This document shows, piece after piece, positions 49,556-60,035 of a DNA stretch of 64,000 nt. The DNA is from Candidatus Egerieisoma sp. GTDB lineage: Bacteria > Bacillota > Clostridia > UBA1212 > UBA1255. Below the pieces are notes generated by a model, which saw nothing but the letters and a program-made list of their open reading frames with translations, had not been told where the DNA came from and ran no database searches. The position numbers and the translations under genes were made by a program. Numbering within the stretch: position 1 is the stretch's first letter; every line of letters begins with the position of its first letter. The stretch is from contig JBGVNN010000040.1 of NCBI GenBank assembly GCA_045125595.1, positions 6,735 through 70,734 on the forward strand, in the 5' to 3' direction.

Positions 49556-52182
49556 TCTCCGTATTTTGACAATTTATTTTCGTACTTTCTTTTATACCAT
49601 TTATTTATTGTAATTACAAGCACGGCAACAAAAGTCACACAACTTATTCCCATTCCTGCCGCAAATCCCGGCACACTGTATTCAATTTCAACTGTATGCT
49701 GACCTTTTGTGATGTCAAAACATAAAAGGCCATCTTTAAGTGCATAAGTATCAACCTCTTTGCCGTCGACCTTTACGCTCCACGCTTCGTCATACACAAG
49801 GCTTGTAAACGCACAGCCGTCATCGGAAACATTAATCGAGCCTTCTATATAACCCGATGACCAATCAGAAATCTTTAAAGAATTTTCTTTTAAAGTAGCC
49901 ATAGCCTTGCCAAATGCCGTCTCATCAAGCAAATAAAATGCATCGGCACCGACTTTCACTTTATCAGATTCCAAGCGAACAATCACTGTTTCACCGGCCT
50001 CATAGTATCCCAAAAATTGCACACAATCAGTCTCTCCTGTGAACAGTTTTATTTCACAATCACCATTTATTGTCATTTTTGCTTCTTTACTGTTTCTCTT
50101 AAAATACGCATACAGAGGTCCTTTTTGAGGCACTATTACGGAAAATTCCACGTAGCCGTCACCTTTTTCTTCAAACACACTACCCTGCATGTCTGCCATT
50201 TTCAAGAAATACGATTGTTCGCTGTCAATCATACAATTCAGCAAATAATTTTGAGATTCCAAGGCATTATCTTTCCAATCAAAGTCCTTTAATTCACCTC
50301 TTACAGCAATACAAGGCGATAAAGCATTCGGATTTTTATACAAAACAGCCGATTCAACAGAAGCCACTTCTGCGTAATGCGTATACGGCACACTACACCA
50401 CGATATAATCTTGCCTTTATCATCAATGCGAGAAATTTCAGCATCACTCATAACATAATTAACACCAAGCAAAGCATCCGTTACCGCAGTAGAGCCTGCA
50501 TAAGAACTCCAATACCAACTTTGAGCAAAACCCATTTTTTTAAAAAATTTATTAAGATTGCTATTAAAAGATGAGCTGTAATGATTTATACCGCCATAGC
50601 CCAAAGCAACAGGCTCATTAAAAGTACGCTGGAAGCCGGCGCCAATTCTGTAAAAGTCCGCGCCGGCATCATTTTTAGCGGCTTCGGCCAATTTCTCGCT
50701 TAATATTTTGTAGTCTCTGTGCTGCTCATATGCCTCATATCTGTGATCTCTGTCCAATCCCGCAAAAATATAGCCGGCATTCACAAACATTTCCGTACAT
50801 GCAACGGAAATAAAACAGATAAACATCACAGCACTCATAGCACGGACAATTACTGTTTTTTTACAATTTTTCATCAATCTGTATAAAATTACACATGCAA
50901 AGAGTAAAATCACAGTAACAAGCAAAAAGTTCATACTTAATTCATGTTGTCTTTTGGCATAAAAATATCCGGCAAGCAATGCAAAAATCACGTGACTGAC
51001 ATACGGTATTTCTTTAAATCTCGCTGCTGCTTTTGCGGCAGTAAAAATCACAATAAATCCGAACAAGAAGAAATATCTGTAAGGGAACCAGTTCGGTCTT
51101 TGAAAAACATGCCACGCCACATCAATACTGTAAAAATATGTGCTGACAGCAATAAAAATTGTTATTAAAGCTGTCATTATTTTTTCTTTGTAAGATATAC
51201 TTTTTATAAAAAAGTACCCTAAAAACAGTGCAAAAACGACCATACCGCAATAGAAAAACGGTGTGCCGCTGTTAGTGATGCCGTCATAAGAGCCTATTGT
51301 GAATTTATGAAAAATTTGTGCCAATTCATAGTTAAGCCCACCTTCGGGAACTATTGAAGCATTCCCGATTTTGCCTTCAAACAATGAATAAAATGTAGGC
51401 AACAAAAGCCATGCGCCGAGACCTGCGGCTACAACCACGCTTCCGACGAATTTTGCGCAAAAACGAAAGCTATTACGCACAAAGTCCATGCCTTCGCGCA
51501 CAAAAACATATATCACATACAGGCAAGAGAAAACGCCTACCATAAAAGAAATATAATATGTTGAAACAAACAGTACGGCATACGATATACACAAAAGATA
51601 CGGTTTACCGCCTTTTGCCAATTTCTCTATTGCAAGAATAATTATAGGAAGCCAAATAACACCGTCTAACCACATAAGGCACATTGAATATGCGATATTA
51701 TATGACATCAAAGCATAAAAAACAGCAAAAATAACATTCCTTGCCTTGTTTTTATTAAAATAATTCATTAATATGCCAAAGGTTAGTCCGCTAAGTCCTA
51801 TTTTAAGTAATGTGAGTACAAGCACTCCCATGTGCATATACTCATTTGGGAAAAATAATGTTATAAAAGAAAGGGGCGAAGCCACATAGTATGCGAAAAC
51901 GCCTGCATAATTACCGCCTAAAGCTTTTGACCACGAAAACAATATACCGCCATTTTGCGAACTGATATTTTTAAGTCCGCAAAAAAACTCCGAATATTGC
52001 CCTGACATATCCATTATCATAAGTGACTTTTCGCCAAAAGGTGCAAAGCCGTATGATGCAAATACAGCAAGTAAAATAACGCAAGGTAACACAAAACAGG
52101 CCGCCAAAAGCAGACCTGTTTTAGTTCTTTGAGAATTCATTATATTTTTAAATTTTGAGTTACCGGCAAATTGCATATTCAC
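49552..52182 (-). CDS. YfhO-family polytopic membrane protein (putative glycosyltransferase)
   Basis: 876 aa with more than 12 TM helices, a large C-terminal extracytoplasmic domain and a terminal TM helix. This architecture is typical of YfhO. Confidence 0.75.
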   Translation of the reverse strand: MNMQFAGNSKFKNIMNSQRTKTGLLLAACFVLPCVILLAVFASYGFAPFGEKSLMIMDMSGQYSEFFCGLKNISSQNGGILFSWSKALGGNYAGVFAYYVASPLSFITLFFPNEYMHMGVLVLTLLKIGLSGLTFGILMNYFNKNKARNVIFAVFYALMSYNIAYSMCLMWLDGVIWLPIIILAIEKLAKGGKPYLLCISYAVLFVSTYYISFMVGVFSCLYVIYVFVREGMDFVRNSFRFCAKFVGSVVVAAGLGAWLLLPTFYSLFEGKIGNASIVPEGGLNYELAQIFHKFTIGSYDGITNSGTPFFYCGMVVFALFLGYFFIKSISYKEKIMTALITIFIAVSTYFYSIDVAWHVFQRPNWFPYRYFFLFGFIVIFTAAKAAARFKEIPYVSHVIFALLAGYFYAKRQHELSMNFLLVTVILLFACVILYRLMKNCKKTVIVRAMSAVMFICFISVACTEMFVNAGYIFAGLDRDHRYEAYEQHRDYKILSEKLAEAAKNDAGADFYRIGAGFQRTFNEPVALGYGGINHYSSSFNSNLNKFFKKMGFAQSWYWSSYAGSTAVTDALLGVNYVMSDAEISRIDDKGKIISWCSVPYTHYAEVASVESAVLYKNPNALSPCIAVRGELKDFDWKDNALESQNYLLNCMIDSEQSYFLKMADMQGSVFEEKGDGYVEFSVIVPQKGPLYAYFKRNSKEAKMTINGDCEIKLFTGETDCVQFLGYYEAGETVIVRLESDKVKVGADAFYLLDETAFGKAMATLKENSLKISDWSSGYIEGSINVSDDGCAFTSLVYDEAWSVKVDGKEVDTYALKDGLLCFDITKGQHTVEIEYSVPGFAAGMGISCVTFVAVLVITINKWYKRKYENKLSKYGE

Positions 52183-52197
52183 TCCGTTAATTTAAAA

Positions 52198-54111
52198 TTA
52201 CTCTAACTCAAACGCACCCGTATAGAGTTTGTAATAAGTTCCCTTTTCTGAAATCAATTTATTGTGGTCACCACGCTCGATTATACGACCGTTTTCAAGA
52301 ACCATAATAACATCAGAATTTTTAACCGTAGACAATCTGTGAGCAATAACAAATACCGTTCTGCCCTCCATAAGTCGATCCATACCTTTTTGAACAATCG
52401 CCTCAGTTCTCGTATCAATAGAAGATGTCGCCTCATCGAGAATCATTACCGGCGGGTCTGCAACAGCCGCTCTTGCTATCGCGATAAGCTGTCTTTGACC
52501 TTGTGACAAATTCGCACCGTTGTTTGTAAGCTCTGTTTCATAACCTGACGGCAAACGAGTTATAAAATCATCGGCTCCGGACAATTTAGCAGCCTCTATA
52601 CACTCTTCATCAGTTGCGTCAAGGCGTCCGTAACGAATATTATCCATAACAGTTCCCGTGAAAAGGTTCGTTTCCTGGAGCACTATACCCAAAGAACGAC
52701 GCAAATCCGACTTCTTAATCTTATTAATATTAATACCGTCATATCTGATTTTACCGTCCTCTATGTTATAGAAGCAGTTAATGAGGTTTGTTATTGTTGT
52801 CTTACCTGCACCGGTTGCTCCTACGAAGGCAACTTTTTGTCCCGGCTCTGCGTATACGGAAACATCATGCAATACTTGCTTACCCTCTGTATAAGAAAAG
52901 TCTACATTTACAAGTCGCACGTCACCTTTAAGCTGTGTATATGTGAGTGTGCCGTCATGGTGCGGATGTTTCCACGCCCATTTGCCTGTTCTCTTTTTAC
53001 TTTCGGAAATGTTGCCGTCTTCATCTATTTCGGCATTTACCAATGTAACATATCCGTCATCCAACTCAGGTTCTTGATCCATAAGGTCGAAAATTCTCTG
53101 CGCGCCGGCAAGTCCCATTACAATAACATTAATTTGCTGCGAAACTTGATTGACATTACCTGTAAACTGCTTTGTCATATTCATAAAAGGTACAACAATA
53201 CTTATGCTGAACGCCATATGTGACAAGCTGAAATTTTTCGCTCCTGACAATATAAACAAACCGCCGCAAACAGCTATGATAACATATAAGATATTACCGA
53301 TATTCATAATAATCGGGCCCAATACATTTGCATATGCGTGAGCTTTGCTGCTGTCTTCACAAAGTTGTTCGTTTATCTTGTCAAAATCCTCTTCACACTG
53401 TGTCTCGTGATTAAACACTTTGATGACTTTTTGACCGTTCATCATTTCCTGCACGAAGCCCTCTGCTTTACCAATTGATTTTTGCTGACGGATAAAGTAT
53501 TTAGCCGAACCGCCACCTATCTTTTTAGAAACGAGAAGCATTGCCAAAACACCGCACAACACAATCAATGTCATCCATAGACTGTAATAAATCATCATAG
53601 CGAGAACGCCTATTACAATAACACATGATTGTAAAAGTGTCGGAATAGCACGCGACACAAGTTCACGCAGAGTATCTATATCATTTGTATAGTGACTCAT
53701 TATATCGCCGTGTTTATGAGTGTCAAAATATTTTATAGGTAAATTTTGCATACCGTCAAACATTTTACCTCTTGTTTTATACAAAAAGCCTTGTGTCATG
53801 TGCGCCATAAGTTGTGTATATAATGTAATCGAAGCAAGCGACAATAAATATAAAACAACAAGAGCGATAATAAGAGGCAAAATTTCTTTAACCACATGTT
53901 CCCATCTTCCCAAGTTGGCATCTACCTCTAATATTTCATATACTTTTTGAGTAAAAATAGCAGGCAAAACAGATACTATTGCCGAGAAAATAATACACAA
54001 TGCCGTAATGGGTAAAAGTTTCGGATAGAAACTTATAAGCATTTTAAGTATTCTTTTGATAGTTGATGATTTTTTTGTTTTTTTATTTGAATCATTCTTC
54101 ATCACTATCAC
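52198..54111 (-). CDS. ABC exporter permease/ATPase, consensus-site subunit
   Basis: Six TM helices plus an NBD. Walker A GATGAGKTT, signature LSQGQRQL, Walker B MILDEATS. Confidence 0.88.
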   Translation of the reverse strand: MIVMKNDSNKKTKKSSTIKRILKMLISFYPKLLPITALCIIFSAIVSVLPAIFTQKVYEILEVDANLGRWEHVVKEILPLIIALVVLYLLSLASITLYTQLMAHMTQGFLYKTRGKMFDGMQNLPIKYFDTHKHGDIMSHYTNDIDTLRELVSRAIPTLLQSCVIVIGVLAMMIYYSLWMTLIVLCGVLAMLLVSKKIGGGSAKYFIRQQKSIGKAEGFVQEMMNGQKVIKVFNHETQCEEDFDKINEQLCEDSSKAHAYANVLGPIIMNIGNILYVIIAVCGGLFILSGAKNFSLSHMAFSISIVVPFMNMTKQFTGNVNQVSQQINVIVMGLAGAQRIFDLMDQEPELDDGYVTLVNAEIDEDGNISESKKRTGKWAWKHPHHDGTLTYTQLKGDVRLVNVDFSYTEGKQVLHDVSVYAEPGQKVAFVGATGAGKTTITNLINCFYNIEDGKIRYDGININKIKKSDLRRSLGIVLQETNLFTGTVMDNIRYGRLDATDEECIEAAKLSGADDFITRLPSGYETELTNNGANLSQGQRQLIAIARAAVADPPVMILDEATSSIDTRTEAIVQKGMDRLMEGRTVFVIAHRLSTVKNSDVIMVLENGRIIERGDHNKLISEKGTYYKLYTGAFELE

Positions 54112-55843
54112 CTCCGCTCACTTGCTGTGTGTATACCTCGCGGTAAATATCGCTCGTTTTAAGAAGTTCTTCGTGATTACCCACAGCCGTTATAGCACCA
54201 TTGTCCATTACAATTATCATGTCGGCATCTTCGACAGATGCAATTCTTTGCGCAATAATTATTTTTGTTGTCTCCGGAATATATTGTTTAAATCCCGCAC
54301 GAATCATAGCATCAGTCTTTGTATCAACAGCACTTGTCGAGTCATCAAGAATCAATATTTTCGGTTTCTTAAGAAGCGCTCTTGCAATACAAAGGCGCTG
54401 TTTTTGTCCTCCGGAAACATTTGTACCACCCTGTTCTATTTTCGTCTCATATTTATCAGGGAAGCTCTGTATAAAATCATCTGCTTGTGCCAATTTGCAC
54501 GCTTCAACAATTTCTTCGTCCGTAGCGCCCGCATTTCCCCAGAGCAAATTTTCTTTAATAGTACCCGAGAATAGCAGGTTCTTTTGCAAAACCATGGCAA
54601 CGGCACTTCTTAAAGTTTCAATATCATAATCTCTTACATCAATACCGGCAACCTTTACACTGCCGTCCGTAACATCATAAAGTCTCGGTATAAGTTGTAC
54701 AAGTGATGATTTACTAACGCCCGTACCTCCGATTATACCAACGGTAGCACCTGAAGAAATCTCGATGTTAATACCGCTCAAAGCATATTTCTTAGCTTCT
54801 TTAGAATATTTAAAACTTACGTTTTCAAACTTGATCGAACCGTTATCAATACTCATAACAGGATTTTCTCTATTATGAAGAGCCGGTGTCTCGTCTAAAA
54901 CTTCACAGATACGTTTAGCAGACTCTGTTGACATAGTAATGATTACATAAATCATCGAAAGCATCATCAAAGAAATAAGAATTTGCATACCGTATGTAAG
55001 CATTGCCGATATTTGTCCCACATCAACACCGTGCTGACCGAGAATAGTCATTTTTGAACCAACAAACAAAACAAAAACCATATTGAAATATAAGCAAACT
55101 TGCATAAGAGGTGAATTGAGTGCCACTATTTTTTCTGCTTTCGTAAAGTCGGCGCAAATATCTTTAGCCGCTGTATCAAACTTTTCTCTTTCATAGTTTT
55201 CTCTCGAAAAGCCCTTAACAACTCTCATACCACGTACATTTTCTTCTATAGACTCATTGAGTTTATCATATTTTTTAAACACACGGCGAAAAGCAGGCAT
55301 AGCTTTACGTCCTATTAAGTACAAACCAAAGCCCAGCACGGGAACGACAACAACAAACGCAGTTGCCAAAAAGCCGCCCATCACATATGCCATTACTATG
55401 GCAAATATCAACATAAGCGGACATCTTATTGCTGTACGTATTATCATCATATATGACATTTGAACGTTCGTGACGTCTGTAGTCAAACGAGTAACAAGAG
55501 AAGTCGACGAAAACTTGTCTACATTTTCAAACGAATATGTCTGTATCTTATGAAAAATATCTTTTCTCAAGTTTTTGGCAAAACCCGCCGATGCTTTTGC
55601 ACATGTAAATCCTGCAATGCCGCCACAAGCAAGTGACACAATTGCCATCAAAGCTAACACAATACCGGTTTTTACCACTTCGGAAATTTCTGCGCCCGCT
55701 TTTATTTTCGATACCATATCTGCTGTTATAAAAGGTATTAAAACCTCTATAATTACTTCTCCTATAATAAAAATCAGAGTAAGAATTGAAAGTTTCTTGT
55801 ACTCTCTGACACTTTTTGACAACTTTTTAAGCATACCAATCAT
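54092..55843 (-). CDS. ABC exporter permease/ATPase, degenerate-site subunit
   Basis: Walker A GGTGVSKSS (Gly to Ser), signature VSGGQKQR, Walker B LILDDSTS (catalytic Glu to Asp). Start moved to MIGMLKK (55843) because the longer ORF runs into rnpB. Confidence 0.85.
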   Translation of the reverse strand: MIGMLKKLSKSVREYKKLSILTLIFIIGEVIIEVLIPFITADMVSKIKAGAEISEVVKTGIVLALMAIVSLACGGIAGFTCAKASAGFAKNLRKDIFHKIQTYSFENVDKFSSTSLVTRLTTDVTNVQMSYMMIIRTAIRCPLMLIFAIVMAYVMGGFLATAFVVVVPVLGFGLYLIGRKAMPAFRRVFKKYDKLNESIEENVRGMRVVKGFSRENYEREKFDTAAKDICADFTKAEKIVALNSPLMQVCLYFNMVFVLFVGSKMTILGQHGVDVGQISAMLTYGMQILISLMMLSMIYVIITMSTESAKRICEVLDETPALHNRENPVMSIDNGSIKFENVSFKYSKEAKKYALSGINIEISSGATVGIIGGTGVSKSSLVQLIPRLYDVTDGSVKVAGIDVRDYDIETLRSAVAMVLQKNLLFSGTIKENLLWGNAGATDEEIVEACKLAQADDFIQSFPDKYETKIEQGGTNVSGGQKQRLCIARALLKKPKILILDDSTSAVDTKTDAMIRAGFKQYIPETTKIIIAQRIASVEDADMIIVMDNGAITAVGNHEELLKTSDIYREVYTQQVSGGDSDEE

Positions 55844-55869
55844 AATAACAAAATCTTCCCTAAATAAAA

Positions 55870-56214
55870 AATATCGGCAGACCGTAAGCCGGGTTCTGTC
55901 GTGGACGGTCATCTATCTACGCATATGCATTACTGCACAGCTCTAGCCACTTTCGGAGCTGTCGGACCAACGTAACGCTCCATTACAGTGTTGCTTCAAG
56001 TGGGGTTTACACGGCCGCCCGATTACCCGAACGCCGGTGAGCTCTTACCTCGCCTTTTCACCCTTACCTGCTTTGAAACAGGCGGTAATTTTCTGTTGCA
56101 CTATCCTTGGAGTTACCTCCACCGGCCGTTAACCGGCACCCTGTCCTGTGAAGCCCGGACTTTCCTCATCTGTTGCTTAAACAACATCCGCGACCGTCTG
56201 GTCTGCCGACTCGT
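55870..56214 (-). ncRNA. rnpB: RNase P RNA, bacterial type A
   Basis: The minus strand reads GAGTCGGCAGACC...GAGGAAAGTCCGGGC...GGTAAGGGTGAAAAGGCGAGGTAAGAGCTCACC...ACAGAACCCGGCTTACGGTCTGCCGA. The P1 helix is TCGGCAGACC/GGTCTGCCGA. Locally GC-rich. Ends are accurate to about +/-10 nt. Confidence 0.88.
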
Positions 56215-56325
56215 GATAGTATAACATAGTTTGTTGTAAAAATAAATGTTTTATTGTATAATGAGTAAGAATGTGCCGTAAAGAAATTTTTAAATCAGAC
56301 AGCACATCAAAGGAGCTAAATAATT

Positions 56326-57165
56326 ATGATATCAATTAAAGAAACCAAAAGATATAACATTAACCCCAATGCACTTATCGGAGATGCTTTCGAGACAGCA
56401 TACACAAGATATGCAGAGGAGCAACCGGTAACACCTCCTGACATAGCAATGCCTGTTTTTACTGCAATAAGCATGGCTCTTTTATGCATCACTTTTTTAC
56501 TTACAGCCTTTAAACCTGAGAACAAAGGAGATTTATTTATATGGATTGCATTGGCAGGCGTGTGTATTCTGTTTGCTGCTCGTTCTTTCAGTAAATATCT
56601 TTCACAAAACAAAAAATACAGACAGGCAGCAGGTAAGCCAAGTACCATAAAAGCCAAAAGAGAAGGCTTCTTTTCTTTCTTTAACAAATCCGGCAATGGC
56701 CTCGCTGAAGAAATGTCTGCCGGAGAAATGATAAAACTCGTTTCTCCCATTATCGGCAAACAAAACGACCAAGTTTACAATAACGCTCTTCGTGAGATGT
56801 CAGAGGATCTTTCAAGAATAAACAATCCTTCTCTCACAATGTGCAAATTGGTAAATCCTTTAAGTGATATTTTCACACAATCAAGAAGAAGACTTTACTT
56901 TAAAACAGAGAATGACAAACTTGTATTCTTTGATACTGATTGGATGAATCCCATCGGAGAGATTATTTGTGATGAAGACGATGTAGTTTCTTTCGGTGAA
57001 TATTCAAAATACCCCTCATCAATCAATAAATCAGGTGGTAAAATACGTCAAGATTCAATAATCTTAGAGATTAAAGACGCTAACAATCATGCATTTTTTG
57101 AATTTCAAAGCGAAAGCTATTCAGAAATAAAAAAAGCTGTAGCTTCTAAAAAAGAGAAAAAATAA
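56326..57165 (+). CDS. hypothetical two-TM membrane protein
   Basis: 279 aa. AGGAGC RBS region. Two TM helices (PVFTAISMALLCITFLL, LFIWIALAGVCILFAA), then a soluble domain of no recognised family. Confidence 0.6.
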   Translation: MISIKETKRYNINPNALIGDAFETAYTRYAEEQPVTPPDIAMPVFTAISMALLCITFLLTAFKPENKGDLFIWIALAGVCILFAARSFSKYLSQNKKYRQAAGKPSTIKAKREGFFSFFNKSGNGLAEEMSAGEMIKLVSPIIGKQNDQVYNNALREMSEDLSRINNPSLTMCKLVNPLSDIFTQSRRRLYFKTENDKLVFFDTDWMNPIGEIICDEDDVVSFGEYSKYPSSINKSGGKIRQDSIILEIKDANNHAFFEFQSESYSEIKKAVASKKEKK

Positions 57166-57178
57166 GAAATTATAACTT

Positions 57179-58075
57179 TTATAATTTAATAAGCTCATCC
57201 AAGCTAATCCAATTAACCCAAGACGGCTTCCTAAACCAGGTAAGCTGTCTTTTTGCATAATTTCTTGAACCTTGCTTAACACGCTCTATTGCTGTATCCA
57301 AATCACATATACCATTAAAATAATCAATAAATTCTTTATATCCAATCGCTTGAAGTGCTGTTTTGCTCAATTTATTTTCGCACAAAGCCATAACATGCTT
57401 AACTTCATCAAGTAAACCCATCTCAAGCATCTTATCGACTCTTACATTGATTCTGTTATAAAGTACATCCCTAGGTGTATCAATGGCATACACCGTGAAG
57501 TCGAACTCTTTGGGAGAGGATTTCGACGCAGCATTTCTTTGTGCCAAAGTAAGTCCGGTAGTTCTTTTCATACCGAGTGCACGAATTACCCTTTTCACAT
57601 TGTTAAAATGAATTTGCTTTGCTGCTTCCGGGTCTTCGCTTTCAAGTACGGAATGTAGCGCTTCTGCTCCGTTTTCTGCGTAAAACTTTTCAATTTCGGT
57701 AAGTATTTCCGTATCCATTTCAGGTGATGCCGAATACTCTATATTCTCCACAAGTGTATTTATATACAAACCTGTGCCACCTACAACAATGGGAAGCTTG
57801 CCTTTTTTAATAACTTCTCTTATGCAAGCTCTGGCATTTTCGGCATATTGAGCCACGCTGTATTCTTCCCAAGGCTCAACAACATCGAGCATATAATGCG
57901 GAATGCCTTCTTTCTCTGCCTCATCAGGTTTTGCCGTACCGATATTCATATGTTTATATATTTGCATGGAGTCAGCGGAAATTATTTCTCCGTTATAGCG
58001 ATGTGCAAGAGCTATTGCCGCCGAGGTTTTGCCCGAGGCTGTCGGGCCCGCTATTGCCAGTGCTTTTACAGACAT
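57179..58075 (-). CDS. miaA: tRNA dimethylallyltransferase
   Basis: P-loop GPTASGKTS, then DSMQIYKHMNIGTAKP and VGGTGLY. It overlaps the mutL stop by 10 nt. Confidence 0.92.
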   Translation of the reverse strand: MSVKALAIAGPTASGKTSAAIALAHRYNGEIISADSMQIYKHMNIGTAKPDEAEKEGIPHYMLDVVEPWEEYSVAQYAENARACIREVIKKGKLPIVVGGTGLYINTLVENIEYSASPEMDTEILTEIEKFYAENGAEALHSVLESEDPEAAKQIHFNNVKRVIRALGMKRTTGLTLAQRNAASKSSPKEFDFTVYAIDTPRDVLYNRINVRVDKMLEMGLLDEVKHVMALCENKLSKTALQAIGYKEFIDYFNGICDLDTAIERVKQGSRNYAKRQLTWFRKPSWVNWISLDELIKL

Positions 58076-59940
58076 CTTTTAAACCTTCTTTCTAACTCAT
58101 GCTCCGTAATGCTTACGCAAATCGGTCTGCCGTGTGGGCAAGTGCCTGAATTTTCGAGCTTTGCGAGCTGTTTTAAAAGTTCTTCTATTTCAAATTGCGA
58201 GAGTCTTTTATTTGCTTTAACCGCAGCTTTGCAAGCCATTGTGTATATTTCTTCATCTGAAAAGCCTGCTGTTTTCTTGTTTTGCAAGCCGCTTAAAATA
58301 ACATCTTCAATATTACTGTCTGCAAGTATTGTGGGCACAGCTCTTATAACAACAGTATTTCCGCCGAAATCGTCTATCTCAAAGCCCATTGCCTCAAAAA
58401 ACTCCAAATTGCTGTTGAGCGCAGTGTATTCCGAAGGAGAAAGTGTCATAGAAATCGGCACAAGCATGGGACTTACCGCGCCTGTGGGGGTATTGACTGC
58501 ATTTTTTATTTCTTCATACTTAATTCTCTCGTGCGCTGCGTGTTGGTCTATGAGTACCATCTCGTTAGCATATTGTAAAATTATATACGTATCAAAAATC
58601 TGACCTATAACTACACCATCGGTATATACACTTGTGCTGTTATAAAGCACTGGCGTTTCTTCGATTTGAATAACAGGTGTTTCTTCTTTAATATCCGCCT
58701 TAACTTCAACCTTAACTTCAATATCTGCTTCAATTTTTTCTTCAACTTTTTCTTCAACTTTTGCTTCAACTTTTGCTTCAACTTTATCTTCAATTTTATC
58801 TAAAGTCCATATTGGCGGAAGCTCAACAGATTCTTCTACTACAGGTATTTCCGGCTGTACAATGACAGGAATGGGTGGAATAACTCTTTCCGTAGCAGTA
58901 AAAGTCTGCGGCTTTTCGTGGAAAGTGTACGTAACAGGCTCTGCTGTTTTATTATCATACAACACTGCATTTGACACGCCATGATAAACAAGTCTGTAAA
59001 TTATGCTTTCATCCGCAAAACGCACCTCTGCCTTTGTTGGATGCACGTTGACATCTACTTTATTAAGGGGTGCTTCTATCATGAGCACAGCAAACGGAAA
59101 TTTGTTTTTCATTGTTACTGTCTTGTATGCTTCGTCCAGAGCAGATGTGATAGTTTTTGAACGTATACATCTGCCGTTTACAAAGAAAAGTTGTCTTGTT
59201 CTGTTTGAGTAAACCGCGTCACGAATGCCCGTGAAACCTTTTATACTGTAGTTTTCGTTTTGATACTCAACCGGCAGTACGGAGGCTGCTGTTTCTTTAC
59301 CGTAAATACTGAAAATGACACTTTTTAAATCTCCGTTACCGGGTGTACGAAAAACTTCGTTGCCGTTTGATATAAGTTTAAAAGCTATGTTTGGATTGGC
59401 AATCGCTAATTTTTGTAAAACATCGGCTACATATGATGCTTCTGTGCTGTCTTTTTTTAAAAATTTGTATCTTGCGGGGGTATTGTAAAACAAATCTCTT
59501 ACGGTAATTGTAGTACCTGCTGCGGAACCTCTTTCGCCGGTTTCCAAAACATCACAGCCTTTGATATGTACATACACGCCTGTTTGTGCATCTTTAGTTT
59601 TACTTAAAAGTTCAACATCTGCAACGGAGGCAATACTTGCCAAGGCTTCTCCTCGGAAACCTAATGTGGCTACATTATTTAAATCTTCTCCTGACTTAAT
59701 TTTACTTGTAGCGTGTTTATCGAATGCAATTACCGCATCATCTGCTTCAAATCCGCATCCGTTATCTGTTATCCTTATATATTTTACACCGCCGGAGCGT
59801 ATATCTACTGTTATTAATGTCGCACCTGCATCTATAGAATTTTCCGCAAGCTCTTTAACAACAGATGCCGGTCTTTCTATAACCTCTCCTGCCGCTATCT
59901 GACACGCTGTAAGTTCATCCAAAACTATAATTTTGCTCAT
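58066..59940 (-). CDS. mutL: DNA mismatch repair protein MutL
   Basis: IAAGEVIERPASVVKELAENSIDAGA, GFRGEALASI, and a C-terminal dimerisation/endonuclease region (DQHAAHERI). Confidence 0.93.
   Translation of the reverse strand: MSKIIVLDELTACQIAAGEVIERPASVVKELAENSIDAGATLITVDIRSGGVKYIRITDNGCGFEADDAVIAFDKHATSKIKSGEDLNNVATLGFRGEALASIASVADVELLSKTKDAQTGVYVHIKGCDVLETGERGSAAGTTITVRDLFYNTPARYKFLKKDSTEASYVADVLQKLAIANPNIAFKLISNGNEVFRTPGNGDLKSVIFSIYGKETAASVLPVEYQNENYSIKGFTGIRDAVYSNRTRQLFFVNGRCIRSKTITSALDEAYKTVTMKNKFPFAVLMIEAPLNKVDVNVHPTKAEVRFADESIIYRLVYHGVSNAVLYDNKTAEPVTYTFHEKPQTFTATERVIPPIPVIVQPEIPVVEESVELPPIWTLDKIEDKVEAKVEAKVEEKVEEKIEADIEVKVEVKADIKEETPVIQIEETPVLYNSTSVYTDGVVIGQIFDTYIILQYANEMVLIDQHAAHERIKYEEIKNAVNTPTGAVSPMLVPISMTLSPSEYTALNSNLEFFEAMGFEIDDFGGNTVVIRAVPTILADSNIEDVILSGLQNKKTAGFSDEEIYTMACKAAVKANKRLSQFEIEELLKQLAKLENSGTCPHGRPICVSITEHELERRFKRCL
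58699..58800 (-). repeat. in-frame 12-nt tandem repeats in the MutL linker
   Basis: Six consecutive TTCAAYTTTTNC-type units at 58729..58800, plus two CTTAACTTCAAY units upstream. They encode KVEAKVEAKVEEKVEEKIEADIEVKVEVK. Confidence 0.8.
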
Positions 59941-60035
59941 TTTGTACTAAAGTCCTCCGTTGTATTTATGAGACATTGTCATAACTTGATTATAGCAAAT
60001 CGCACCCGAGTTATCAAATAATACGCTACGATATA

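Noticed and set aside
55844-55912. 5' extension of the ABC exporter ORF (MTVHDRTRLTVCRYFLFREDFVI)
   Set aside because: It lies inside the 3' part of RNase P RNA (ACAGAACCCGGCTTA region). It is an artefact of taking the longest ORF.
56316-56759. 147-aa minus-strand ORF
   Set aside because: It fully overlaps the plus-strand 279-aa gene, which has a better start context. Only one of the two can be real, and the plus-strand product has coherent TM plus soluble-domain organisation.
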